Assembly: GCA_963674595.2 (NCBI GenBank)
Contig: CAXXFV010000027.1
Coordinates: 192,001 to 256,000, forward strand
Length of the DNA: 64,000 nucleotides
Direction: 5' to 3'
Source of the DNA: a bacterium
GTDB lineage: Bacteria; Zhuqueibacterota; Zhuqueibacteria; Residuimicrobiales; Krinioviventaceae
This document shows positions 54,063 through 64,000 of the stretch, one piece after another; position 1 is the stretch's first letter, and each line of letters begins with the position of its first letter. Made by a program: the position numbers and the translations under genes. Below the pieces are notes generated by a model that saw nothing but the letters and a program-made list of their open reading frames with translations, searched no databases and was not told the origin of the DNA.

Positions 54063-54262
54063 AATTTCTGCAATCCATTTTTTCAAATATTCAGAGTATT
54101 CGAGTTTAATGTAAGTAAAAATAATAACCATTGCAATTTAAAATTGCCTTTGTAAACGTTTGTTAAAATCAAGAGTCTAAATAACAATGCAAAACCTGAA
54201 AAATGTTAAAATTTGGAATTAGGTCTTGTCTAAAGATTATTTTTTCTTTATATTATAGATTC

Positions 54263-54355
54263 GGGAATGGATGGCTACCTGGTGGGGCCCGCGGTCTTCA
54301 AAACCGTTGCGAGGCGCGACCCGTCTCTGGTGGGTTCGATTCCCACACGTTCCCG
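54263..54355 (+). tRNA. selC: tRNA-Sec (anticodon TCA)
   Basis: GGGAATGG acceptor arm, anticodon arm GCGGT-CTTCAAA-ACCGT, long variable arm, T-arm GTGGG-TTCGATT-CCCAC, discriminator G; CCA not encoded. Upstream TTGTCT-17-TATATT promoter. Confidence 0.92.
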
Positions 54356-54546
54356 CTTATCAAAGTGGTTTTAATTACCAACCAACATCTCTTAATAGAG
54401 GGATATTATACAGAAAAAAACGGATAATACCCTTTTATTACATGATTTTCCTTGATTAGGACAATGGAAAATTGTATAGTAAAATTATAACAAAGCTTAA
54501 AATTTTAGATTAAAAGGATCGTCTCACAAAAATTGGTTACAAAATT

Positions 54547-54834
54547 ATGAAATTTAATCAGTTCACTAACTATGAACTCTTGTCATTGTATAAAGGCGAC
54601 AGGAGAAGAATTGAGAAACTTCGCAATAAACCTAAATTGTTCCGAAGGGAATTAATTCGGAATATTTTGAAGGAGTATCAATCTGTTGAAGGTGCTTACG
54701 AAAAGCTTAAAGAAATGAATGTTGTCGAATTTGAATTTACCAGCCCCAAGAAAAAACAACCCCCAAAAGAAGCAGAAAATCCGGCACTAAGAGAGCTCAG
54801 ACTTCGGTTTGGAGATACGACAGAATCTGAATAG
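54547..54834 (+). CDS. Hypothetical protein (95 aa, highly charged)
   Basis: Only ORF in the gap between selC and the GH38 terminator; no recognisable motif. Confidence 0.55.
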   Translation: MKFNQFTNYELLSLYKGDRRRIEKLRNKPKLFRRELIRNILKEYQSVEGAYEKLKEMNVVEFEFTSPKKKQPPKEAENPALRELRLRFGDTTESE

Positions 54835-54939
54835 ATTATTTCTTTTGCTGAAATAATTATATAGAGATTGTATTTTTTTAATTTATATATAATCTGGCCT
54901 GTATATAATCCAGTCTTAGATATATTTGGGATAAAAAAT

Positions 54940-54961
54940 AAACGCCCATAATCGGGCGTTT
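54940..54961. terminator. Intrinsic terminator, likely bidirectional
   Basis: AAACGCCC-ataatc-GGGCGTTT between convergent genes. Confidence 0.7.
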
Positions 54962-54972
54962 ATAAGTACTTT

Positions 54973-57768
54973 CTATTCAAGTATAAATTCAATAGTAAGG
55001 ATTTTCTTTTTATCGGCAACAAAATATATCTTTTCACCTTCGACTTTGGCCGGTTCTCCCCGTTCTTCATTTAGATTTGTCATCCAGGCTTTTTTTACGC
55101 TTCTGTAAAGTTTGATAAATCCGGTTTCTTTTTTACAACCAGGATTATACATTCTAACAACATAAGAACCTGATCTGTCTTCTGCGCGTTTAAAACATGT
55201 TATTTGCATCGTTGTGTTGGATATTTCCAAAAAGCTGAGTTCTTTAGGCAATGTTCCTTTATGTGGTCCGGCCTGGGCAATTTCAAGCGGTAAATTCATA
55301 TCTTCGGCCTGTGTAAAAACATTGTTTTCCCAATTACCGCTGTGAGGATACAAGGCATAGGTCCATTCGAACTTGCCGATACATTGAGCACTTTCCATTT
55401 CCGGATATACCTCCCAACGGCCGAATATAGGTGCATGACGGAAGGTAAAACCTCGCATGAGCGTTATTGCCAATGGACGTTCTTTTGTGTCCATGGCCTC
55501 ATACTCTCTTAATCCTGAATTATTAATGACAGCCAACCCGTTCTTTCCGTCTGTCATATCAACAAATCTCTGCATGGGGTACTGCGGATTCGGTTTGCCA
55601 TAGTAAGCGCTATTTTCCTTTACATGAATATCCCTCGCAATCACATCAAAAGCTGCTTCGGAAAAAGTTTGATCACAGTCCAGATAAGTCGGAAAAACAA
55701 CCCGCAGCCGATGATTTTTGCATTTGTTTTCAAAAGATGTTTTAATATCAAGCCGTTTTTGATTGTCTCTTAATGTAAAACGACTGGATACTATCATTTC
55801 CCTGGTTTCCGATGAGCGTGCCGTATGACAATCAGCTTCACTTCGGAACTGTTCGGTTAATTCATTTGACAGCCCAACCGGAATTTGCATATAATAGTCC
55901 ACACGAATTGTTGCTGAAAGAGGGCCGTTTTCTTCCAATTCAATATTGCAAGGGAAATCATGCGAGGTAATCGTGTGATTTTGGTCCGGTTCCAGGTGAA
56001 TCCAGGAATGTCCGGTTTCACCGGTATCTTCCAGATAATGAAATCCATAAAAAGTGTGATTCGTTTCCTTGTTGGTCAAATCAAGCGTACCATTGGGATT
56101 GAATTTGACTTGCAGGAATTGGTTTTCAAGCGTATATTTTTCATGACTGATCAAACCGGGCTCAGAAGCGAATTGTGGTTTACGAACGAGGTGATAGGTT
56201 TTATAACCAAATGCAGGAACATCCTCAACATGTAAAGCACAGTGAATCCTCTTTACACCAAGTTCGGTGGAAATGTCCTGTAAATTTCGCACAAGGACAC
56301 CAAAATCAAACTGCCTGTTCACCTGCAATTTTGCATTACTTTTACCATCAGGGGTTTGGACACAAAAGGCCTCATAATCCGTATTCTCAGGCATATCTAA
56401 AAAACAGGAAACAACGCCGCTTCGTGTAAAGGGACAGGAATTAAAGACCGTTAATACTACATCCTGTGGACCAAGATCAGAATTATCGATATTTATTTGA
56501 ACCTGCTGCATACCAATCCGTGCCAGATTTTCACTAATTAATTGTGCCTGCTCAAAACGATAAACCGAATCCTTTTCCATTTGGTCGGTTCCCCCACCGG
56601 TAATGGTATCGTGCGGATGATTTTGTAATAAAAACTTCCAGGCCCGGTCCAAAGCGGGTTTTAGATATTCGCCGCCCAGCATATTACGAATAACACTCCA
56701 GGGTTCAGCAAGGCGCTGCAAATATAATTCAGTCAGGTGATTTGCTTTTTTAAGCACAGGTCGCGCGCTTATAATATCGCCGTATAAATAAGTCCATTTT
56801 CCTGTTGCTCCCGGGTCGCGAAATTCACCGGTTAACACAACCGGGTCCCTGACTAGTTTTCGCATGGCATCCATATACTCCTGAAGAGTAGAGAATTTAA
56901 TATCATGCTCCGGTAAAAGTTTTTGACACAGCTTCATAATGTCGGATTCGCGTGGATCGGGATCGGAAGAATCAAAGCCCTGCATACATACAATCTGATT
57001 TGTAGAAAAATGCTCGGATTCATCTTTAACAAGTTTAAGTAATTGGTCCCGAATGGGTTTATCATTCCATTGTTTTTGTTCTTTGTCAAGAATATAATAA
57101 TGTGAACGCGGATGCCGGTCTGAAGTCAGCCGAAAAGGTGCGGCTCCACGGTCCCAGTTATACCTTTTAAAAACATCGTCACTGCCATACCTGAGAACAC
57201 GATATACATAAACATAATAACTGAACCGGCTCATAACACCAAAACGTGAACCCAACAGTCTGGAACCATCCGGGCCTTCAAGTATATACTCACTTTTAGG
57301 CGTGTTGATTCCCCGATAAAAGATAATGGTGTCTATTCCAAAACCGTTATAAATTTGCGGCATTTGCGATGTTTGCCCGTAGCTGAACGGTGTATAGCCG
57401 TTTTTTGACACCTTACCCAGCTCCTCAGCAAACCTGTGCCCGATGACAATATTTCTGACAATTGATTCCCCGTTACAAATATACTCTTCCGGTAAAGAGT
57501 ACCAGGGACCGATTATTAAACGTCCTGATTTGACATGTTTGGCAATGCGGTCCCGCATTTCAGGACGAAGCTCCAAATAATCATCCAAGCAAATAGTTTG
57601 TGCATCCATCGTAAAAGAATGAAAATCCGGATCAGCGTCCAACAGGTCTAAAAGGTTATCCATAAATTCAAGCAACAGCAAGCGTGTCTCTTCAAATGGA
57701 TAGGCCCATTCCCTGTCCCAATGTGAATTACAAACAACATGAATCGTTTTACGATCTTGTAGCCTCAT
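54973..57768 (-). CDS. Glycoside hydrolase family 38 alpha-mannosidase (MngB-like), no signal peptide
   Basis: SHWDREW, IGPWY, GQTSQMPQI, QNHPHD and NHRLRV. Confidence 0.9.
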   Translation of the reverse strand: MRLQDRKTIHVVCNSHWDREWAYPFEETRLLLLEFMDNLLDLLDADPDFHSFTMDAQTICLDDYLELRPEMRDRIAKHVKSGRLIIGPWYSLPEEYICNGESIVRNIVIGHRFAEELGKVSKNGYTPFSYGQTSQMPQIYNGFGIDTIIFYRGINTPKSEYILEGPDGSRLLGSRFGVMSRFSYYVYVYRVLRYGSDDVFKRYNWDRGAAPFRLTSDRHPRSHYYILDKEQKQWNDKPIRDQLLKLVKDESEHFSTNQIVCMQGFDSSDPDPRESDIMKLCQKLLPEHDIKFSTLQEYMDAMRKLVRDPVVLTGEFRDPGATGKWTYLYGDIISARPVLKKANHLTELYLQRLAEPWSVIRNMLGGEYLKPALDRAWKFLLQNHPHDTITGGGTDQMEKDSVYRFEQAQLISENLARIGMQQVQINIDNSDLGPQDVVLTVFNSCPFTRSGVVSCFLDMPENTDYEAFCVQTPDGKSNAKLQVNRQFDFGVLVRNLQDISTELGVKRIHCALHVEDVPAFGYKTYHLVRKPQFASEPGLISHEKYTLENQFLQVKFNPNGTLDLTNKETNHTFYGFHYLEDTGETGHSWIHLEPDQNHTITSHDFPCNIELEENGPLSATIRVDYYMQIPVGLSNELTEQFRSEADCHTARSSETREMIVSSRFTLRDNQKRLDIKTSFENKCKNHRLRVVFPTYLDCDQTFSEAAFDVIARDIHVKENSAYYGKPNPQYPMQRFVDMTDGKNGLAVINNSGLREYEAMDTKERPLAITLMRGFTFRHAPIFGRWEVYPEMESAQCIGKFEWTYALYPHSGNWENNVFTQAEDMNLPLEIAQAGPHKGTLPKELSFLEISNTTMQITCFKRAEDRSGSYVVRMYNPGCKKETGFIKLYRSVKKAWMTNLNEERGEPAKVEGEKIYFVADKKKILTIEFILE

Positions 57769-58057
57769 TTAATGATCTCCTGTCAAAAAATCTCCTGCAT
57801 TTGATACTTGACACCTTGATTCAAGCAAACAAAAAAACTGGTAGGGTAAGATTCGGTGGGATGACATTTCAAAATAAACAATGTAAGATACAAGTTCAAG
57901 AAAAATATAAACAAAAAACAATTTAAATATTACTTGTCTTTTAAATAATAAACTTTTACATTTAATCTCCATAACTTGAACAAAAATTTTTCCTACTGAA
58001 AATCCTCAAACGCAATTCCTCAAAAATTACCAAAATAATTTTTTTACGGAGTTTTTA

Positions 58058-60454
58058 ATGAAAAAAAATTTTCTATTCGTATTGGTATTTTTGTTAACAG
58101 GGATCGTATTTGGCGATTCATCAATACCACAAGGTTTTGTCTTTATAAAAGGCGGAATATTTAAAAGTGGTGATATTGTAACGGCCAAATCAAGACCCAC
58201 GGTAAGGGTTGAAGATTTTGAAATCCTTGATCATCCTGTTACGAATGCCGAGTATTATAAGTTCATAGAAGCAACAAATCACCCGGCCCCTTTGCATTGG
58301 GAGAACGGGCAAATTCCCCCGGGAAAAGAAGATTATCCTGTTATTTTTGTTAACCGTTATGATGTTCAAAAATATATGGCATGGTTAACCGAAAAAGACG
58401 GTCGTGTTTATCGCCTTCCAATGACAATGGAATTTGAATATGCAGCACGAGGCGGTCTTTTAGATAAAAAATACCCCTGGGGTGATAAACTTTTATCAGA
58501 TGTAAATTATGATAAAAACAATAACAGGCAATATGACAAGTGGCAAAATTATTTAAAACCTGCAAAATATGGAAAACCAAACGGTTATAAACTATATGGA
58601 ATGGCAGGAAATGTTTGGCATTTAACGATTAACAATCTCGATCCTGTTACAACTCCTTACAAATATCGAATGACAAACATACCGACCCTCGAAGGCAGCC
58701 GAATGGGCGGTTCATGGGCACGAAGCGCCGAGTATTTACGATGCGGGTATCCCTTAGAATCATCATCCGGCATTCGCCACCCTGACCTTGGATTTCGCCC
58801 GATACGTGCACCAAAAGATCAGGACTGGCGAATTCAAGCACGCAGACTTGTTGCTGTCTCTATCGGTAACGGAGAGGTCTTTTTAAGCTGGTCTCAATTA
58901 AAATCGGATAAAAATATCAAAGGTTACAATATTTATAGATCTACAGACCGAAATCATTGGGGTTTTAAAATAAATGATAAACCTGTAACAGATAACACAG
59001 TATTTATCGATAAAGACCTTAATGTCGGTACCAGATACCATTACTATCTAAAACCGGTCGATAAAAACGGTAAAGAAGGACGTCGGTCAGAATGGTTTGG
59101 AGTTAATGTAACTGCAGAAGACCAAAAAGAACTGGTCTCTTTTTCACCGGTATATACTCAGGGTTCTTTTGCACCAATTTTCGGAGACCTGACAGGTGAC
59201 GGTGTAGCGGATTGTGTTATTCGTATGGACAACGGAGTAATAGAAGAATCACAGGACCCCGGTGTACCCGTTCAAATGGAAGCTTTTACCTCAGCAGGCC
59301 GATCTTTGTGGCGAAAAGACATTTGTTATCATGATCATTGTTTCGGTTCAGCCAACAATGTTCCGTTTAATGTGTGGGACATGGATGGAGATGGAAAAGC
59401 AGAAGTTATAACCCGCCTGCAAATCGATGATGATGTTTATGTAGCTATATTGGACGGCATGACAGGTAATGTGTTGAAGAAAGCACTCTGGCCGAAAATG
59501 GCAACAGACTATCAACGCTCGTCAACTCGTATACATTTATCAATTGGTTATCTTGACGGGAAAAACCCGGCCGTTATAACCCAAACAGGGCTATATGAAA
59601 ATGAAGTTTTTGTCGCTTTTGATAATAATTTAAACAAACTTTGGCAGTATGACAGCTTTGCAGAGACAAACGGAAGCGGCGCCCATAAGATTGAGGTTGT
59701 TGATGTTGATGGTGACGGCAAACAGGAAGTTTTTGATGGAACTACATGCCTGAACAGTGACGGTTCTATGCGCTGGTCGATCTATAGACAACATCCGGAT
59801 CAGGTATCCATTCATGATTGTATTCCGGAACGAGAAGGTCTGGAAGTTTATTACGTCGTAGAATCAAATACCCATGCAGGTGTTTATATGGCAGACGCCA
59901 ATACAGGTGAAATTATCTGGAAAATAAACCGGGAGGATGATCCTCGCTGGAAACATGCCCATCACGGTTGGACGGCTGATATCTGGGACGGTGAAAAAGG
60001 CATGGAATGTGTCACCGACAGGTATGTCTATGAAGATAAATATCTTGTTATGTACTCTGCAACCGGCAAACATCTTGTTGAAGAGTTTCCCCGCAGTTAT
60101 CACATAATTGAATGGGACGGGGACAATACCCGTGAATTATTAAGCCAGAACGGCGTAAAAATCGGTAACTTTGATGGTGAAAAAGTGGTGAATGTTGATG
60201 GCGAACAACCCAATCCCTATACACACTCTTCATTATTAATGACGGCTGATTTATATGGCGATTTTCGTGATGAATTGGTTATTCAAAGGCCGAACGGAAA
60301 GGGTAAAAATGTTATAAGTGTTATCACAGCAACATCACCCATTTCCTGCAAATTTCTTTCTCCCCAGGAAGAACTCGATTATCGTCTATGGATAGCCCGC
60401 AACAGAGGCGGAGGCTATCCATCGATTTTTGATCAACCATTAAGAAAGCCCTGA
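58058..60454 (+). CDS. Secreted fusion of an FGE-sulfatase/CLec-fold domain and a PL11 rhamnogalacturonan-lyase-like domain
   Basis: FGE motifs VTNAEY, RLP..EFEYAARGG, NGYKLYGMAGNVW, GGSW and GFR; then VFLSW...YNIYR, GDLTGDG, WDMDGDGKAEV, GAH, DVDGDGKQE and ADLYGDFRDE. Confidence 0.8.
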   Translation: MKKNFLFVLVFLLTGIVFGDSSIPQGFVFIKGGIFKSGDIVTAKSRPTVRVEDFEILDHPVTNAEYYKFIEATNHPAPLHWENGQIPPGKEDYPVIFVNRYDVQKYMAWLTEKDGRVYRLPMTMEFEYAARGGLLDKKYPWGDKLLSDVNYDKNNNRQYDKWQNYLKPAKYGKPNGYKLYGMAGNVWHLTINNLDPVTTPYKYRMTNIPTLEGSRMGGSWARSAEYLRCGYPLESSSGIRHPDLGFRPIRAPKDQDWRIQARRLVAVSIGNGEVFLSWSQLKSDKNIKGYNIYRSTDRNHWGFKINDKPVTDNTVFIDKDLNVGTRYHYYLKPVDKNGKEGRRSEWFGVNVTAEDQKELVSFSPVYTQGSFAPIFGDLTGDGVADCVIRMDNGVIEESQDPGVPVQMEAFTSAGRSLWRKDICYHDHCFGSANNVPFNVWDMDGDGKAEVITRLQIDDDVYVAILDGMTGNVLKKALWPKMATDYQRSSTRIHLSIGYLDGKNPAVITQTGLYENEVFVAFDNNLNKLWQYDSFAETNGSGAHKIEVVDVDGDGKQEVFDGTTCLNSDGSMRWSIYRQHPDQVSIHDCIPEREGLEVYYVVESNTHAGVYMADANTGEIIWKINREDDPRWKHAHHGWTADIWDGEKGMECVTDRYVYEDKYLVMYSATGKHLVEEFPRSYHIIEWDGDNTRELLSQNGVKIGNFDGEKVVNVDGEQPNPYTHSSLLMTADLYGDFRDELVIQRPNGKGKNVISVITATSPISCKFLSPQEELDYRLWIARNRGGGYPSIFDQPLRKP

Positions 60455-61393
60455 TTATAGAATACTCATCAGGCTTTCCCCTTTAAGAGTGGCCAACCCG
60501 ATTTGGGATTTACCGCCTTTCAGGTAAGTACCGTAAACCTCAAATCGGGCCGTGCCGCCGCCATAACCTTCATACCATAAATAATAAGTATCGTTTATTT
60601 TTTCAACCGTAGGGAACCAGATCGCACCTTCATCCCAGGCACCTTCTTCGCCACGTGAAAAAATTGGATTTTTAGCATATTTTTCCCAGTGCAAAAGGTC
60701 TTTGCTGACGGCAATCCCAACATCATAGGGATAATCATCATTAATATTTGACCCACAAAAGAACATAAAATAATGGTCCTGCTCTTTATAAATTCTGGGG
60801 GTTTCAACAGTATGAGAATCCCAGGCTTTATCATCGCCTACGGGTAAAACAGGCAGAGTGCTTTCGGTAAAATTGAATCCATCGGAAGACAGGGCCAAAT
60901 ACAATTCAAAGCCAACACCTTTGCGCCCGGTTTTCCAGTAATATAGATAAAATATCCCATTGTGATATACAATTTCAGGTCCGCCGCCAATAACAACAGG
61001 ATTTTTTTCATATTTCTGGAAATTGATTCCGTCTGTTGAGGTTGCCATACAGATTGAACGGTCACAAGACGGGGAAACGGCTGAATAGTACAAATAAACA
61101 ACGCCGTCTACCAAAACGGTTGCCGGATCGAGAACATGACTTTCATCCCAACTGCCTTCTGGTCCCACATCTATGAGTGGTTTATCCAAAATTTCCCAGT
61201 TAATTCCATCAAAATCATCAACATTACAAGTTCCCAGGCCTATTCTGTCATGTCCCCCCTGCTGGCCTCTAAAATACATAAAATATTTATCATCAATTTT
61301 TAACAAATCAGGATTTGCTGTTTGTACTTCGTACCAGGTTCCTTTTTTCGGGGGAATAATGGGGTTTTGTGGAGAATGCTTCCAATTTAACAT
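60455..61393 (-). CDS. Five-bladed beta-propeller glycoside hydrolase-like protein (GH32/43/130 superfamily)
   Basis: Repeated WD...VLDP/VETP, 'A.S.DG..(F/W).K...NP' blades. Confidence 0.75.
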   Translation of the reverse strand: MLNWKHSPQNPIIPPKKGTWYEVQTANPDLLKIDDKYFMYFRGQQGGHDRIGLGTCNVDDFDGINWEILDKPLIDVGPEGSWDESHVLDPATVLVDGVVYLYYSAVSPSCDRSICMATSTDGINFQKYEKNPVVIGGGPEIVYHNGIFYLYYWKTGRKGVGFELYLALSSDGFNFTESTLPVLPVGDDKAWDSHTVETPRIYKEQDHYFMFFCGSNINDDYPYDVGIAVSKDLLHWEKYAKNPIFSRGEEGAWDEGAIWFPTVEKINDTYYLWYEGYGGGTARFEVYGTYLKGGKSQIGLATLKGESLMSIL

Positions 61394-61551
61394 TTTTTAA
61401 CTCCTTCGTTTCAAAAAATATCATAATATAAACAGCAAAAAAGTTAGAGTTTATAAGTTAGCAGATTATTAAAAAAAGTACAATAAAAAAATTTTAGCTT
61501 TTTATAATAGATTAAATTTTATAAATTAATTGGTTATTTTTGTAATTTTTT

Positions 61552-62790
61552 ATGGAGGTTAATCTCTTGTTACGAAACAAGATATTGAAAATCATTTTAT
61601 TATTTATAATTCCTGCAATTAACTTGTCACACGGGGAAACAATACTAAAAACAGAATGCGCACAACCCCCTGTCTATATCAATCAGTATATTGAAAGCGG
61701 TACACCATTAAACTGGGAAATCCTGCCGAATGGCATTGTCAACATCCGGATTTATTACGATAATCAAAAATTTTCAGAAAACAGGGCCGGGGGAAACTGG
61801 TACTTTCTGATGCAAGCAAAACCAGGATCAGAGCACACACTAGTTTTGGAGAATTTTCAAAGTATTTGGAATGGTAACAAATCAACTACTGTAAAAGAGC
61901 AGCCATGCTTTATATCAAATGACGGTAAAAACTGGAAGGCTAAAAAAACAGTCATTCTAGATAGCAACAGGATAGAACTCACGGTAAAAATGGACAATGA
62001 TTCTTTATTTATCGCAAAACTGGAACCTTACCGACTCTCTGATTTATCAAAATTATGTAAACAAATTTCCAGCAATCCTATGGTAAAAATATCTACAATT
62101 GGAAAATCAGTAGAAAAAAGAGACATTAAACTTTTACAAATAGGATCGGATCAGGCAAAACATCGGATTTTTCTACGAGCAAGAGCACATCCCTGGGAAA
62201 CCGCAGGTAATTGGATACTACAGGGACTCATAAATGAATTGTTAACACAGACCGGAGAAAACAATAATTTATTAAAAGATTTCTGTTTTTACATGATACC
62301 AATTGCCAACCCGGATGGTGTAGCACGGGGAATAACCCGTTTTAATATAAACGGTCAAGACCTTAACCGAAATTGGAACAAACCAGCGGATTTTAATGAG
62401 GTCCCTGAAAATTATGCTGTTGAAGAGTTTATAAAAAACCTTATTGAAAAGGGGAATAAACCGGATTTTGCGATAGATTTTCATAACGATCTTGATGGTA
62501 AAATCCATATTTCAACACCTGAAAAAGATAATAGTGATTACAAGGAAAATATCGCCAAGTTTGAAAATTTAACAAAAAAATATACCTGGTTCACAAGAGG
62601 CAGCTATATTAGCTCATCAATAAATCCCGGTACAATAGCTGATGGTTTGATCAACAGGTTCGGTATTGATGCCATAATTTTTGAATTTCACGCTCAATGG
62701 ATAGAAAAACTGGATAAAAATGCCAATGCAAATGACTGGCAAACATTTGGCCGTGATTTAGTTAACGTTTTTCAGCAATATTTTAAATAA
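61552..62790 (+). CDS. M14 family zinc carboxypeptidase (cytosolic-carboxypeptidase-like)
   Basis: IGKSVEKR, RAHPWE, NPDGV..G..R.N..G.DLNRNW and IDFH. Confidence 0.85.
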   Translation: MEVNLLLRNKILKIILLFIIPAINLSHGETILKTECAQPPVYINQYIESGTPLNWEILPNGIVNIRIYYDNQKFSENRAGGNWYFLMQAKPGSEHTLVLENFQSIWNGNKSTTVKEQPCFISNDGKNWKAKKTVILDSNRIELTVKMDNDSLFIAKLEPYRLSDLSKLCKQISSNPMVKISTIGKSVEKRDIKLLQIGSDQAKHRIFLRARAHPWETAGNWILQGLINELLTQTGENNNLLKDFCFYMIPIANPDGVARGITRFNINGQDLNRNWNKPADFNEVPENYAVEEFIKNLIEKGNKPDFAIDFHNDLDGKIHISTPEKDNSDYKENIAKFENLTKKYTWFTRGSYISSSINPGTIADGLINRFGIDAIIFEFHAQWIEKLDKNANANDWQTFGRDLVNVFQQYFK

Positions 62791-62858
62791 TTTTAACAAC
62801 TCGATTTTATTATTCCGTAAATTAACAATTTTTAAATACTCAAATCTGGGAATTTTCA

Positions 62859-64000
62859 GTGCTTTTTAATTCTATAGAATTCGTTATTTTTCTCCCCATT
62901 GTTTTTTTTATTTATTGGTTTGTCATTAACAAAAATCTGAAACAGCAAAATTTCTTTCTGTTGTTTGCAAGTTATGTCTTTTACGGTTGGTGGGACTGGC
63001 GATTTTTGTCACTTATATTTTTCAGCTCCATTGTAGATTTTGTGGTCGGCAAAAATCTGGCAAAACATACAAATCCTGTAAAAAGAAAAATGCTTTTATA
63101 TACCAGTATCATTGTAAATATTGGTTTTTTGGGTATTTTTAAATATTACAACTTTTTTGCAGAAAGCCTTGTTAATGCTTTTTCGTTTTTCGGAACACAT
63201 TTAAATATTTCCTCATTAAATGTCATTCTTCCAGTCGGTATCAGCTTTTATACATTTCAAACACTAAGTTATACAATAGATGTTTACAACAAAAAGCTGG
63301 AACCCACCCGTGATATTGTTGCCTTTTTTGCTTTTGTGAGCTTTTTCCCACAGTTGGTAGCCGGCCCTATAGAAAGGGCCAAAAACCTCTTGCCTCAATT
63401 TTATAAACACCGGACTTTTGATTATTCAAAGGCTACAGACGGTTTACGGCAAATACTATGGGGACTGTTTAAAAAAATCGTTATCGCCGATAATTGTGCC
63501 GTTTTTGTTAATCAGGTTTTTGGCAACCATCATAACTATTCGGCGAGCACACTAGTATTAGCTGTTGTCTTTTTTGCATTTCAAATTTACGGAGATTTTT
63601 CAGGATACTCTGACATTGCTATCGGAACAGCACGTCTGTTCGGATTTAGTCTCATGCGTAATTTTGCCTTTCCCTATTTTTCGCGTGATATTGCAGAATT
63701 CTGGAGAAGATGGCATATTTCATTGTCCACCTGGTTTAGAGATTATGTTTACATTCCACTTGGCGGCAGCCGCGGCGGAACATCAAGTAAAATTAGAAAC
63801 ACATTTATCATATTTATTGTCAGCGGATTTTGGCATGGTGCAAACTGGACCTTTATTGTTTGGGGATTTTTAAATGCACTTTATTATGTTCCTCTTATGA
63901 TCATGCAGAAAAACAGGACCAATTTAAATGCTGTTGCAGAAAATAAAATCCTTCCGAACTTGACAGAATTTTTGCAAATAACGCTCACCTTTTGTCTGAC
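62859..64000 (+). CDS. MBOAT family O-acyltransferase (AlgI/DltB-like), partial
   Basis: Not in the ORF track. From GTG at 62859: MLFNSIEF...LPVGISFYTFQ...FFPQLVAGPIER...FQIYGDFSGYSDIA...EFWRRWHISLSTWFRDY...GFWHGANW; open to the window end. Confidence 0.92.
   Translation, partial: MLFNSIEFVIFLPIVFFIYWFVINKNLKQQNFFLLFASYVFYGWWDWRFLSLIFFSSIVDFVVGKNLAKHTNPVKRKMLLYTSIIVNIGFLGIFKYYNFFAESLVNAFSFFGTHLNISSLNVILPVGISFYTFQTLSYTIDVYNKKLEPTRDIVAFFAFVSFFPQLVAGPIERAKNLLPQFYKHRTFDYSKATDGLRQILWGLFKKIVIADNCAVFVNQVFGNHHNYSASTLVLAVVFFAFQIYGDFSGYSDIAIGTARLFGFSLMRNFAFPYFSRDIAEFWRRWHISLSTWFRDYVYIPLGGSRGGTSSKIRNTFIIFIVSGFWHGANWTFIVWGFLNALYYVPLMIMQKNRTNLNAVAENKILPNLTEFLQITLTFCL

Noticed and set aside
54203-54459. 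Track ORFs 54203-54427 and 54271-54459
   Set aside because: They overlap the tRNA-Sec gene and are spurious translations.
58058-58810. FGE/CLec domain as a diversity-generating retroelement target
   Set aside because: I saw no reverse transcriptase and no second near-copy (template repeat) in the window, and the domain is N-terminal rather than carrying a C-terminal variable region.
54263-64000. Genomic island integrated at selC
   Set aside because: No integrase, no duplicated tRNA 3' end and no mobile genes are visible within the window.

Overview
AT-rich bacterial chromosome segment, probably from an FCB-superphylum lineage such as KSB1, Calditrichaeota or Ignavibacteria. This placement is an inference from a Por/T9SS-type C-terminal sorting domain of the 'SQNYPNPFNP' type, AGGAG Shine-Dalgarno usage and a HrcA CIRCE box. 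In order, the window holds: (1) a polysaccharide-utilization-like locus with no SusD, made of ECF sigma, FecR, an STN-containing TonB receptor, a secreted CTD protein, a Gfo/Idh/MocA oxidoreductase, GH92, GH2 and two related unknown 'EFxSPxY' proteins; (2) an M3 peptidase; (3) a wHTH/LolA-like/beta-barrel/MMPL operon with a frameshifted MMPL gene; (4) rlmH, a triply frameshifted khpA and CIRCE-groES-groEL; (5) a YdjC deacetylase and a candidate sRNA of about 100 nt; (6) a ~22.7 kb minus-strand run: polA, an RsbU/RsbW/RsbV-like partner-switching module joined directly to MlaE/F/D/PqiC, a PAS-fused MacA-like adaptor with a degenerate MacB-like permease and TolC but no ATPase, a TetR-YbhGFSR-like efflux operon, mutM and a Tat-exported oxidoreductase; (7) tRNA-Sec; (8) GH38, an FGE/CLec-PL11-like fusion, a five-bladed beta-propeller GH, an M14 peptidase and a partial AlgI-like MBOAT. 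I saw no CRISPR array, integrase, transposase or rRNA. The best candidates for undescribed systems are the PAS-MFP/pseudo-MacB/TolC trio and the partner-switch-coupled MCE transporter.
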